Of a DNA stretch of 64,000 bases, positions 28,831 through 42,882 are shown piece by piece; the stretch's first letter is position 1; each line of letters begins with the position of its first letter. The notes below the pieces were generated by a model. The model searched no databases. It saw only the letters and a program-made list of their open reading frames with translations, and had not been told where the DNA came from. A program made the translations under genes and the position numbers. The stretch is from contig CP075496.1 in the NCBI GenBank assembly GCA_021613535.1, positions 6,076,001 through 6,140,000 on the forward strand. Reading direction: 5' to 3'. The stretch is from Adineta vaga (lineage: Eukaryota > Animalia > Rotifera).

Positions 28831-31800
28831 ATGACTAACGTAATTGTAGCAAACAAACAAAAAACAAATCTTCTATATTTTACACTTATTTTCTGATAAT
28901 ATGTGAATGAAAATGTTTTATTCTTCACATTATAAGATGGTCAGATGAAGCTTTATGCAAAAACCAAACCAAACAAAATAGAAACCAAAATTATTCATTT
29001 GTTGCCCTTTTTGTTTTTGAAAAATAGAAATAAAATAAAGAAAGACGATGTTATGGATCTATTATAATCATATGACTTGATTGTCCTTTTAATTGAAATC
29101 TATAAAGAGAAGCTTTTACTACCTTTCATCTTTATAAACGTGATCTTTGTTAACCTTCATTATAGAATGACCTTAGTGTTTGATGAACCATAAGCAACGT
29201 GTAGATGAGATATTTTTAACTTGCTACTCTTACAAAAATTATGAAGAAGAAAAGTTGTTGATAGCATGAGTATCTCAAAGGTGAAGGATATTTATCTTCA
29301 AATGTATGATGATAAGTGTTATCATGGTGAGAGAATATGTAATTTGAAAGAGGAAAAAAAGAAATGAGTTCAAGTGATAATATATATATATATATTGTAA
29401 AAGATGATACTATAAATTAAAATTTTGTTTATTTTATTGGTAGATTTGATCAATCAATAAGTGCATTGAATGAAAGAATTTCCCATGAGTATAAAAACTA
29501 AATCAATATCATGTTATTTATTCGACATAATAAAGTTAATAGCATGATAATGTCATGAAATAGTTTGTTTTGTTTTACTTCGAAGAAATAAATCAAAACA
29601 GTAAAAGCATCGAGATTTATACAAAACGCGTGACAAGATCAGACTCCTGAGACTAAGCAATGGTGACAATAATCGTTTTTCAAATAGCAAAAAAATGTTT
29701 TCTTTTGTAAATTAAAACCATTCTTTGATTTCTTTCCATCGTGAAACCTCAATTAAATATGTTACACCTATTTTCACTGGTTATACTGATGTCCAATAGG
29801 TAAACGTATGTCATTTTATTTATTCTCTCGTTATTAGTTTTTTTTCTCTTGTTCTGTTCTATTTTTTTCTTTTACCTCTTGGAAAAGAAAATGTTTCTTT
29901 TTTTTTCTTTTGTGTTTTCGCTTGCTGACCAACTCCTTCATTTTTTCTCTCTTCTCTTCTTTTGTTAGTTTTCATCGGAGATGTTTATTTTGGCCTTCTC
30001 ATTATCCTTGTGTAACACAACAATCTTTCGTTCGATTGTTACAATCTACAAAAAAAATTGCTTTCGTTACTTGTGTAATAGTTTATTTGTCACAACATCT
30101 CGAAAGGGTACTCTCAAGCGAATACTTGAGTAGGCGTGTCATTTTTTTTCTTTAGCCAGAGACAAAGCTTCTATCGATAATCATGAGTTGATTTTCATAG
30201 TGACCTCTGTTCCAAGTGTATATCTTTATTAAAGATAAAGCAAGGTCGTATAGATGCATGTAGATTAAAGAAAAAAAGGATTGGGATTTTTAGTTCTGAA
30301 AGGATAAAAAATATGAAGAAGCTGTCAGTGACAGGGATGTTCTTTTTCCGATAGGTAGTCGTTATATTTTGTTTACTGCGCATGACTATTGAGTATTATT
30401 GTTAGAACAGTATTAGAAAGAAAGTGAAGAGAAAAAGTAGATAGGTAAAAGGTAAGAACAATGAAATTTTTGTCATTCTTTTCTGAAGAAAAATGGATGT
30501 TTTAGCTATTTACATCCTGACAATATGGTGAGTAATAGTAAACGATTTATAGGTCTCTTAGTGTACATGATTTTGAATAAGTTTGTTTCGTTTCTTTTTT
30601 TTGTTAGAATATAAAATCGATAAAAGAAAATGTATGATTCATGTTACTTGTCGGCTTACGACGTTAGTGGTTCCGTTTTTTTTTATTAATATTCTAAAAT
30701 GCATGTATTTGATTGTGTTTGCACTTATTCTCTCTGTTCTATGTTTCACGGTAGGTGTATTCATCTCTTTGTATTCATACAATCGTTCTACTAATTTAGT
30801 TTCATAGTAGAGAACTACATACATACGTATCATCAATGTTCGATTAAAAGTATAAAACAGTTCATATTTGCATGAGACTTTACTTTCTTTTTCTAATTAC
30901 ATGGTAAATATCGAATGATGATCAGCTTGTCGCTAGTCATCGTCCTAGACAGATTGCCGAACATTATCTATCTGTGTATACAAATCTTTTGTTCCATTCT
31001 TGTAGTCACATAGAGAATCTTTTGTTAAGTGCCTTCTGGGTAACACGTGCATGTATTTAGCACTTTTCTCATTCATCATTCCTGCAATCACCCACACCCT
31101 CATAGACGTTGTAGAGCAATTTTTTATAGTTCATGGTCTACCTATCTACAGGCTACATTTTTTTTACTTTCATATTCTTTTTTTCTCTCTCTTTCTCGAT
31201 GTTCGGTCGCATGTATTCATCTTTCATTAAATAAATGTGATGCAACCATCATAAAAGTTAGTAATTGCCAGACATGAACCCTTTTAGCAGATTAAATTCA
31301 AAGTACATGTTACTATTTTTTTCGAATGATGATATTTTCGTTTGTGATTATTATTGTTCTTATACCAATTGAACTTTATAAAACTTGGACAATTTGTCTC
31401 TTTGTTTGTCGGAGTGATTTTCTTCTTTTTTTCTCTCTCTCTCTCTTTCTCTTCTGTTCATTTTCTTTATTTGAACTTGTACATGTAGAAGTAAATGTAG
31501 GTAACATAGTTTCTTTCTTTTTTTCCTCTCCTATACATATACAGACGCATAGGTTGAACTGTCTTCAACGTGTCACAATAGAAGTCGAACTTTTCTTTTG
31601 TCGCATTCAATTTTTTTTTCTTGGCCATTCTTTTAATTGGCCTGCTGAATGGGCAGAAAAAAAGAGTCGAAGGAGAAGAAGGAGACGAGGAAAAGGTGAA
31701 GATTGCATCGTTAACATGTCCTGTCTTTTGAATAGTGTGTGTGCGTGTGATAGTAGATGAATATGACGTTGTGTGAATCTTTCTTCATTGATGAAAGTTT

Positions 31801-31888
31801 GTCGTCTTTTTCTTTTCAGATGTTTCTTTTACTTAACAGAGCATGATATTGATGTTTTCAATCAATCCAAAGATTGTTCTGAATTCAC

Positions 31889-34800
31889 ATGATGGATATC
31901 GACTTAAAACAAGTATTTTCTATTCTTGACGAAAACGACGAGGGTCAAATACAATTACGTCGTTTCGTTGACGTTGCTAATAATTATTATTCCGACGCTG
32001 AAGTAAGTTCATTTGAAATTTAAATCTCAACAATTATTCTCAAGTGAACTTTTGAAATCAGAAATATGAAACGAATTTAGAAACAAAAATTGCCCACTTA
32101 TGTTCAAAAGGCCATTAGATTATTTCATTTGCATTAATCTTCTGTATTATATTTAAAAATTTAGTTAATAGAATTTTCTATTTTAGCAACTTGCTCGTAT
32201 TACTAAAGCGTTAGATCCAGATAATACTGGTTTAATTAATTTCGATCAATTTTGTGACGGCATTGCTCAAATAAGTTCATTGCAAGGTTTAACACTCAAA
32301 GAAGTTGCATCCGATTTAACACGTCGTAGTCGAGAAAATTCATTAGTTGAAGATTCAGATCGACGAAGTTTGGTAAGAATAGATTCGAATTTTAAATATT
32401 CCGAATAAAAAACGAAATCAAAATCATTCAGCAAAAAAATGTTGAGAACAAAAAACACATTTTTGTCTTTTCTGTATTCTATAGAAAACGAATAATGGAT
32501 TTGATTTCTCTTCCCTATCTTCTTGGCCTAATCTTATCGGCGAAGAGGTGATAATCATATAGATTCTGCTTTTTCTTGCTTATTCTTTTTTTAGAATATT
32601 GTTCTCTTTTCAATTTTGAAACCATCTACTATTACTTTCTTTCAATGTTTCAGAATCAAGACGGGAGTACGACAACTTTTAACGAATACGACGTCGAAAG
32701 TGACGAAGCATTTCATCCTCCTAATCACAAATCACACACGTCTAACATTCGAACATCAACATTGACAAACAGTACAACGAATAGAAAGAAACCTAATCAT
32801 CATAATAACCGGAACAGTAATCGAAATAGTCAATCATTTTCACCAAGATTAGAATCACCATTGTAAGTTCAATATCATCTTATTGTAGATGTCTTCTTAT
32901 AGATTTGATCTCAAATTAGATTCTGTCAATGTTGACACTAAGTAGATATAGTTTAAGAACATGTGAGATAAATATAAAGATAGATTGAAATCCTTTGAGA
33001 GTAATGCTTTCTATTTGTTGAATCATTTGTCATCGAATGCTTGTTACGAATATTTTTGGTTGGATCAAGTTTATAAATGTTCTATTCTAGAGAAATTTGA
33101 GATATTCACAATAATTTTTGTTTGAGCATGAATGGAAGTAGAGAAGGATCAAATATTTGTTTCTAGTCTTGAACTTTGCTAACAGAAAAATCACGATAAA
33201 TGAACAGATTGCTTTTTCTCTATAACAAAATGGAACGATGAAATATTTCCATTGACATCAATTAATATCTCTGTTTGTTTAATATAGTTACGGTGACGAC
33301 GAAGAATTTACTGGTGTTGCTGAACCTACGTCCAGTGTTTATTCACCTGAAACAGTTTATCCACGAGCTCCATCACAACGTGTTGCGTATGTTTTATTCA
33401 TATTCTTCTTCATAACTTCTATCATGAATTTATATTTAGCCAAAATTTAAAACGAAATAGTTATTTACAACCAATCGTACCTTCAGAACAACCCGAACAA
33501 CAATTACAAGAAACAGTACGTACAACTTTCAATGAAATCTTTAGAACAAATGGTCAAATTATTTTCGTTAATTTAAGGTTGACGAATTACAGAAAACTGT
33601 TGATACTTTAGCAGATCAAAAACAAAAAACAACTGAACGTTTATCAAAAATTCAAAGTGAAAATACTGATTTAAGGAGCAGGTATAGAAATCTATCAATA
33701 CTCTAACACTAATTCGTTATCTGAAATTTCATTGATTCAGACTTTTAGCACTCGAAGATCGTTTTCACGATCTTGAAGGTCAACAAACTCGTACAGCACG
33801 AAGTGAACAACAAAAATACACGGAATTTATTGTAAGTGAAATTAGAAAACCTCTTCATAGATTTTCAAATTTGTATTCATATTTTAGAATCAAAAAGATC
33901 GATCATTTCTTCAAGAAAAAGAAATCTTACAATCAAGGTAATATTTTTTTTCAATTTTCCTTTTCTTTTTCTTTTATTTTAAAACATCATTTCCTTCGAC
34001 AAATAATTTTCTTAATTGATTTTTTCTTCTAGCGTTATGAGGTTTGTGTACTTTTTGGTTTCTATTTAGACCCTTATTTTAACCTTCTTCTCCTTTTGTT
34101 CTTCTTGTATATATATATGTGTGTATTGAAGTGAATAGTTTCTTATTATTTTAACTGTAGTACATCATTTATTGTTAGATGTTCATCGAATTTTAACACT
34201 TTAAAACTAACGATGATGACTATATGTGACACTCTACATCTTATTCTTGTTCATTTTTTTTAAAGGATCAACGCAATCGAAACTGAACTTAAACAAACGA
34301 CTCAAATCAATGGACAAATGAAAAAAGATGTTAAAGATTTACAAGAGGTAATTAGAAATATAGCATATCTCAGATTTGAGATTGATTCAAACATGTCATA
34401 CAAAAAGTTAAAATTAACTTAAAAATATAGAAATCTAATAAGCTTTTCGATGGTGATTTTAATTCTTGATTTTGTTTTTATAGAAACTTGAAGATGTTGA
34501 TATTCAATTACATGACAGTCAAATTCGATGCAATCATTTATCAGAAGATAATGAAAAACTCTTAGAACAACTTCGTCTTCAACGTGAAGAACTTGAATCA
34601 GAAAAGCTAACAAATGCACAAGTAAGCATTTTTTTTCGATTATCATTCAAATGTAATTACATACGAAAAATGTATTCTATTGTTTAGCTTGCAGAACAAT
34701 TAACACTGGAGTCATCACGTAAAACATTTGGTCGTACATTAACTCGTACGGAAAGTATTATAAAATCATCGGAAATACGTATTCAAGATCTTGATGCACA

Positions 34801-35893
34801 AGTTCAATCATTAAAACTAGTATGTATATCAATTCTTGTGGAAAATATCAAAATATTTCATATGAATTTTTTAGGAAAATCAAAAATTGAAATGTGAAAA
34901 TGAAGAACTACGTGAACGTGCTGTCGTTACGTATGTTTTCAGCGAAAGAGAAGAGAATTTTTAATTTTAATAAAAAGAATATTCTTTTTAGTGGTATTGA
35001 CGAAGGTCGACGATTAATGGCAAATCCAGATAGTCTTTCTTATGCTGCTGAACTTGAAGTTCTTTCCAAAGATGAGGTATGTAAATATTGCTGCTTAAAA
35101 CTTTCAAGAGAATTTTATATAACAATATCTAGTTCTTTCTATTCTTCCCTACTGAAAACTTTTTGGAAACGATTAAGTTTCTGTTATGCTCTAAGATGTA
35201 CTTTTGTGTTTTCTTTTTAATCTAAATCATTGCAGTTAATGAGCAAATTAAGAGATCAATTTTCCATAAATGATCGTTTACGAGAATACATCGAACGAAT
35301 GTTAACTGTTATCATCGAAAATAATCCTCAATTACTCGAAGTAACAACGAGTAGTGGTGTATCCATTGGTTCGATGAGTATGTCATCATTGACATCATCA
35401 GCACCTCCTCGCTCAAATTTACCATCAACTGACAATACAAAATCATTATCACAAACAACAGAAGTAATTCCAAAGGATTCATCGTCAACGACAAACAAAG
35501 AACCAACTGACAAGTATTGTCGCCTGTAACGTCGAATTCCTCCTTTATTTGTGTCTAATGCTTCTGTGATCTCTTCTAACACAAGCCATCCTATTCTCTC
35601 GTATGCGCTTTCTAGTGACGTCTTTACTATTGCTTCTATTGGGGATATTTTGTAGAGTATCTCTACTTTGTTTTATCTTGCATGCTTGTCGTCTTCTTCT
35701 ATACTTTGTCACTTTGTTATCATGCACATATGTTCTTTCACCTAATATGACACATTCATTTTAAACGAATATTTCAATATATTTTGTTTTTTCATTTTAG
35801 CTCATAAGTATGAATCGACGTCTTCGTGAATACATCGATACTTTATTAGTTCAAATTCTTGTCAATGATCCAACAATACTTGAAAAACAGTAG
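31889..35893 (+). CDS. Rab11 family-interacting protein class II (FIP3/FIP4, nuclear fallout-like)
   Basis: Two N-terminal EF-hands ('ILDENDEGQIQL', 'LDPDNTGLINFDQFCDGI'), a long coiled coil, and FIP-RBD 'SYAAELEVLSKDELMSKLRDQFSINDRLREYIERMLTVIIENNPQLLEV' (ORF ends 35529). A second RBD-like exon lies at 35801-35893. Confidence 0.88.
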
Positions 35894-36652
35894 AAAATAA
35901 ATTACAAAACGCTTGATAGTTTTTTTTTCTGTCTGTCTCTCTCTCTCTTTTTATATCTGTACAGTTGCCCTTTCCGAGAATGTTTGTGTGATTGAGAGCT
36001 TATTTAATTCTTTACCTTCAAAATTCATTTACTTCATCACTAATCACTCTCTGATTGAATTCTATCAACTCTATCGAAGAGTAATTATTGATTTCTTTAT
36101 CATGTCAATCTTATTTTGCATTCCGTCTAAACATTATGTTTTTTCGCTTTCTCTTCTTCTATCGATCAGTATATGAACATTCCACTGTTAATCAAAATAC
36201 GTCCATAAATATTATAGTTCTCTCATTGTGTGTGTGTGTGTTTTCTGAGAATCTTTATATGATTCAGAGATTTTGTTTTTGAAAAAGAAAAGCATTTTGT
36301 TATATCGCGTTTTGATTTTTTTGTTTTGTTTCAAAGCTATCTGTCCACTCCGGTTGTGTGCGTATATATCTTGTATAAAAGAAAATAAAAGAAGAGCTGA
36401 TTTTGATTTTTAACTATAATACTATTAGTTCTGTTGCGATATGAAGAAAAAGATGTCAGACGAATGAGATGAATGGATGAATTTAAAGAATTTGATTGGT
36501 AGGTTATATGACGTCAAAATGAGACGAGATTTTTCATCGATGAATCATTGTTTCCAGAAAATAAGCACTCTCTCACGTTCTTGTGTTCTTTATATAAATA
36601 TAAATATCTCGTCTTTCTTTTTTGTAATATACAAACTACAAAATATAAAATC

Positions 36653-37496
36653 ATGAGTTTTCTTGGTAACCTTGGTAAAAAGGCTGTAGAAAAAGCCTAT
36701 GATCTGGCCTCAAAAGTTGAAGGTGGTAGAGACTATTTAACTAGTGCTGCTAATACAGTTAATTCTTTGGTAAAAGGCAAAGATGCACGGTAAGGTTTTT
36801 CTATATTCGTTATCAAACTAATCTTTCTTTCAATATTTCAGTGTCTATCTGAAACCTGGTAATGTTATACAATTTGTATCACGTGCATCTGGTCGTTCTA
36901 TTCAAATTGTTGTGGCTAAAGATACTAATGAATTAATCTGTGATGCTATTGGTGGTACTGGACCATTCTTTCCCAATGCATATTGGCTTGTTGTTTGTGG
37001 TCCACATGGTCGATATTTTTTCCACAATAATTATAATTATTTAGCAATTAAAAATGGTACAATTGTTATCATTCCATCGTCAACTAGTGAAAAACCACCT
37101 GTTGAAGCTGAATTTCGTGTACAAGATGTCTTAGGTTCAGCTCAAGCTATTTATCTTGAATCTGTTCATATGCCAGGACATTTTATTAGTTTCGATGATA
37201 ATGGATCTATTGGTGATGAAATAAAAATAAAAACAAAAGAAAAATTCTCTCAATTCGAAATTCAATTGGTAGGAAAAATTTTAAAAAAACGTTTGCATCT
37301 TCATTATATACATCTATCTGTTTAGATTGCTTATGGACCAGGTATTCAACCTGAAAAAGATGATCATACACTTGAAACATCGAATGAAGCATCACCACCA
37401 TCTTATTGGGCTGCAGCAGCAGCCACTGGATCAACATCACCAACAGCAAACCGACAATCTCATATTGACAATGGTGTCACTTCACCCAAATCATAA
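36653..37496 (+). CDS. Single beta-trefoil (fascin/FGF/IL-1-like fold) protein with C-terminal PPxY
   Basis: Exons 36653-36789, 36842-37268, 37326-37496. Three pseudo-repeats ('VIQFVSRASGRSIQI', 'RYFFHNNYNYLAIKNG', 'IYLESVHMPGHFISFDDNG...SQFEI'). No signal peptide. Confidence 0.55.
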
Positions 37497-38177
37497 ACTA
37501 TTACAACGATTCCATTTCGAATATCTTTTTTTTATTATTATTCTATATTTCGTGTCGTATTTCATGTGCAAGACAAACGCTTCTTTTTTTTCCACTTTCT
37601 ATATAAATATACACATCTATGACTGGAAAGTATCTTATATATTTGATGGAAGAATGACAAAGTATTTTGTTCGATTTCTATTCATCGCAAGAATATATAT
37701 TTGTAAATCTAATTGAAAAATATCAATTAGTAAAATGTTTTCTTTTGTTAAAACTCGAATGTATTTGAGCAAAACCAAATTGCTTTAGAAACTACTTGAT
37801 TACAACTCAGAAACAAAGAAAGAAATTACAATTTACATGAAGTTGTGTCTGAAAGAGTTGTACAAAAATGATACTTTTCCGAAGTGATTTCGCTTTTGAC
37901 TCTTCGAGATGTAAGTGACAAGTCGAAGTTCTCTCACTTCTAACGTCATCTATTCTTATTTATTTTTTTCCATTGGTGCACATATTTTCCTTCTCTAACC
38001 AGTTGAAGACTAAGAAGAAAAAAGAAAGCAATCATGTTACGAGCAGATACATTTCAAACTTGTAGTTGGTTGACCTTTTTTCTCTATACGCTTAATCAAT
38101 GAAATCTTACTATTTTCTCCGAAGAATTCAGATGTTATTTCATATTTTTCTATATATTTCATCTGATTAATTAACTT

Positions 38178-40588
38178 ATGCAACGTTCAACAATAACCAA
38201 TCATGATAGTGATTATATTCAAGCGTCAACAACAACAATAACACATGAAATGAATAACAATAATAATAATAATAACCATCAATCCAAACGTTCATTAGAA
38301 GATTATGGTTTTCTAAGTAATTCAAAACGTCGACGACATCTTTCACCACAAAATGTTAATATTGATATGAATAATGATAATGATTCCATATCATTAACTC
38401 CTGTAAAGAAAAAAACAAGAACAAAATCAAAAAATCAATCAATATTAAATTCATCGATTGAAACACCCAACGAACATAATTCAATCAATGATAGTTATAC
38501 ATCTCGTGTAAGTTTCTCAAAAGATAATCATCATTACTCATATGTTTATTTGTGTTTTGAAAATAGTTTCTAGAGATACGTATGCTATGACCTATGATTG
38601 TTAATATCATGACTCATAAATGATTATATATACGATAATCATTGATAAAAAGCTTTCGAATCTATAGAAGTATATTTACTCTATTGATATGAGATTTTAG
38701 TATAAAAAGACTCAGATTTATAGTGTTTGATTGAGTGACATAAAATATTATTGAATAGAAAACTATTGAATGTAGCATTGAAAAATACCAATTAATTTTA
38801 TGTGACATTGTCAATAATTTACATAGAAAATAAAAACAAAATTGTCTGTTCATTGTTGATAATTAGGAGAAAAAAACACTACAATTTTTTTTCTTATTTC
38901 TTAATAGTCTAACGAAAAGACAGAATCATACGAATACGATAAAACTAAAGACATATGACAGAGATATAAGTAAAACACATGCTGTTTATGACAGCTTGTC
39001 TTTCGTATAAGTAACTTTTATAATTATCTATCTAAAATAATTATTCACATCGTTTAAGAATATCCTAAACATATATTTATTAAATAAGTATTTTCTAGAA
39101 AACATCATCTCGTCATGCAATATCATCTCAACAAATGACTGAAATCAATTTACCTAATTGGCAAAGTATGTGTCCAAATATAGATCAAATTCTCTCGAAT
39201 AAACATACACAATCGGGTGTCTTTGCACATGAAGTACAATTAGTTCAACAAGAATTAGAAGCACTTTTATCCATGGCAATCATTCGAGAAAATATTCTCA
39301 AAGATCTTTATAATCCACCTACAAATAATTCAGATAAAATACGTTCAAAGATTCGCAAACATCAAGAAGCTGAAAGAATTTATTCATCGAAAAAAATAAC
39401 AAAAAAACCATTACCATCATTAACAAATTCTCATCATCATCAACGACAGAATGCAACACATGTCTTACTTGATAGACAAGTAGCTATGCAGCCCATTCTT
39501 GGTGCACGTATTGATCACATATGGTCGGATATGAATACATATTATCGTAGAATATCATCAAATGATATATCTACAATCGAAAATCTAGTCGAATATCATC
39601 AGCATTTCAAAACCAAATTAGAACAATTCAAATCAAATTATAACGATCAATCAATCGAACAATCCAAGATAATCGAACAATTAAATGAAGAAAATTATGA
39701 ACAATTGGTAGAAATATCACAAACAAATCCATTAGTCACACATTATGTTGATCGAACAACATTAGGTTCATTTCAATCTAAGATCTATGAACATATGGGA
39801 CAAACATCACCTGTTTATCGTACGCCAATATCGAGTCCAATGCATGGAAGAATCTTAGGTAATAATTTTGATTTTAAAGATATCAATGCAGCATTACGTA
39901 TGTCACCACGATTGCATCCAAGTGATAATTCAAATAATCGAGTAGGATTATTTTCATTACCGAATGTAAGTTGAAAGAATAAACATATTTAATTGAAAAT
40001 AAAAAGACATTTTTTTTCTTTTAGATAAAACTTGAAGACGAGTCAGATGCATTGGTGTTATCATTAAAATCGAAAAAGAAAAGTAAATTGATACCTAGTC
40101 CATCATCAACAATAAAATTTCAACAACGATTACAATCTGTACAAAACTATTTGATTGATCAACATCCGATTTCTTCCGAAGCAGTTAAAAGACAATTATT
40201 TCATGAAATGAAATCAACTAAGAAACGTAAAACATCTCTCTCAATATCGATACCAATGACAATCAATAATCATGATCATTGTACAGATATATTTCAATCG
40301 AAATTATCCATGTTGATATCCTTAGTAAATGAATGTTCAACAATCACTTCTTGTGCATCAAAACGTGCACGTTTACAATCAGATAATGAACAAACGTGGC
40401 AAAAATTAACGACAATTGAACGTGATTTAGAAACGTTAATTAATAAACTTAAGACCACCGGTGGTTATACAAATCATTCAAGTATAGAAAAAGCATCTCA
40501 AAATCTTGCTCAATTGCTATCAGATTGGCAAAAATCTGAAGAAGAATTTGATCAACAATTAGAAGAATTATTATCTCTCGATCAATAA
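38178..40588 (+). CDS. Divergent ADA3/TADA3-like protein, copy A
   Basis: Exons 38178-38507, 39099-39965, 40025-40588. 'CPNIDQIL...EVQLVQQELEALLSMAIIRENIL' and 'DHIWSDMNTYYRRISSNDISTIENLV' match recalled TADA3 blocks (CPRY..., LQLELETLLS..., RFWASVEPYCADITSEEVRTLEELL). Confidence 0.6.
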
Positions 40589-40962
40589 TAGGCTAAGCCC
40601 GGTTGATTATTCTTCTCTAATTGTTTATTTGTTTGTGTTCGTTCGGTTTTTCTTGTCTTTATACAGATATATGTATAGTTTCTAGGAAAAAGTTCTTCTT
40701 ATATTGTATGTTCATCTATATTTCCTCTCCTGTCCTCTAGTTGATCGACATTTTCAGATTTTTTGAAAAATGAAGAAGAAAAACATACGTGTTTATCTAT
40801 TCTTCTCTATTTTTGTCAATAATTTTCTCTTCTCACTGATCATAAAGACATAATCTCTTTTATCACCTGAAGATATGTCCTATATAATACTCTATATAAA
40901 TCTTGTTTTTTTTTCTTCTTCTGTTTAAGATTTTTGCTAGTCGTTCCTCATCGAGAAGCAGA

Positions 40963-42446
40963 ATGTCAATTACTGCTTCTCGGTATGCGGATTACGGTTC
41001 GGCATGTCCACGATGTCAACAAATAATCAATACAATTGATATTACATTTCAACAAGGAATTTTTATCTATGATTTAACATTTATTCAACAAGAATTAGAA
41101 TCAGTTCTTGTTGCTGCTTTACAACGTGAAAAAGAACTCTTACAACAAGATGGACAGACTTTAAAATTACCATCTTCATCTATGGTACGATTAGCAAATG
41201 GTAAAAATCCTCGAGATTTCAAAGCCGAACGTGAACGAAGACGTAAAGCACTAAGTGGACAAGGTTCACGGAAACGTCGAATAAAGAAAACTTCTGCACA
41301 ATATCTTTTAAAAACAATTAAATGTGAACGAAAATCCAACGGATCCTCACCATCAAAAAAAGATTCTTGTTATGCAAAAATACGTTCCGATAACAATGGA
41401 CATTCAACACGTCCAATTCGATCTTATCGACCAATGAATTTTACATTTCCATCTTGTTATGAATCGAATTATCGTAATGGTAATCATTCGAATTTAAATG
41501 GAAATAAATTACATTCAAATAATATTCCAAATCCTGATCAACTTTGGAGAAAAATTCTTACAAATCAACATGAATTTCTCAAAGAAATTGATTTTAATGA
41601 TATTGAAAAACTCTTGGATATTGATCAATCTTTATTGAAGAATTTTGATTATGAAAAAGAATTTGATCAACATAAAGAAACAATTAATTCGAATGAATAT
41701 CTTTTATCCAAAGACAAATATCTTCATCCCGAATTAGAATATGCTGTTGTGATAAAGCAAAATACTCATTTATATAATTTAGTTGAAAATATGATGAATA
41801 ATACTCAACATAAAAATGGTACAACAACGAATAATCATCGATTGAAAAGAAAATATTCGACAATGTCGAATAATCAAAACTCAATGGACATTGATGAATC
41901 TATTTTGGATTTATTTCAACGAGAAAATAAGTAAGAGTTTCAAGACGTGTAATCTATTTGAAGGAAACTTATAACTGTATGTTCGTACACTAAGATGACA
42001 ATCTTGAAATTTGAGAAAATCTTTATTGAATTATTTTTTTTGTTATTTCTAGTCAATTTTCATCGAAGTATGCGGAACTTCAACATCGTCTCACTGAATG
42101 TATTAGTTTAGAAAGTTTAGCTCTTGATCGTGCTAAAAAACAATGTAAAGTGGATACGATTCAAATTGAATTGAATATAATCGATGAAAAAATTCTTGAA
42201 ATAACCAATTCTATTCGTCAACGTAAACGACCGAGTGAAAGTGCGATTTCCTTATGCAAACCAATAAGTCCATTGGATAATAATTCTAATCATCATCATT
42301 ATCATTCAAATGGAACTAATGAAAGTGAAGCATGGCGAAAAGGACGTCGTCAATCAACACTTCGAGTTTATGATGAATTAGCACGATTAGTTGATGAACG
42401 AATTGATCTTGAAAAACATTTGTTAGATACATATCCATTTATATAA
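40963..42446 (+). CDS. Divergent ADA3/TADA3-like protein, copy B
   Basis: Exons 40963-41929 and 42053-42446. Blocks 'ACPRCQQII...GIFIYDLTFIQQELESVLVAALQREKEL', 'PDQLWRKI...IDFNDIEKLL', and C-terminal 'IQIELNIIDEKILEI...RQRKR...LARLVDERIDLEKHL'. Confidence 0.65.
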
Positions 42447-42882
42447 TTCGAACATCTTTAGTCAGATTCTTTTCATTAATGTACAAACGAAAGAATGGTG
42501 CTCAAAAGACTTACAATAGATAATTATCAATCGTAGTAATTTATCAAGAAAAGAAAACACTCAAGATTTGACATTAATTCCATTGGAATCTCAGTTTCAT
42601 TTCTCTTTTCAGTTGAATGTCAGATTTGTGTTGTATGTGTGTGCACATAGATATCCTTTTTTTTCTGTTTTCTTCTTGTTGTTATTATTATTATATTATT
42701 TCGCCATTTGTTTTAGTGTGTCATATTTAATTGATGTTGTATAATTCTAGGAAATTTGTTTTTTTTGCATTATAACCATTATTTATTTGTCTTCTAGATT
42801 GAGTTTCGATTTTCATTAATGATTGTAAAGGTAAATGGTATTCATCGACAGTTTAATTAGAATGAATGCTATTTGAATTCTT

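Noticed and set aside
29910-31760. Several hydrophobic short ORFs upstream of the FIP gene
   Set aside because: Poly-T/CT low-complexity artefacts with no splice-consistent gene model.
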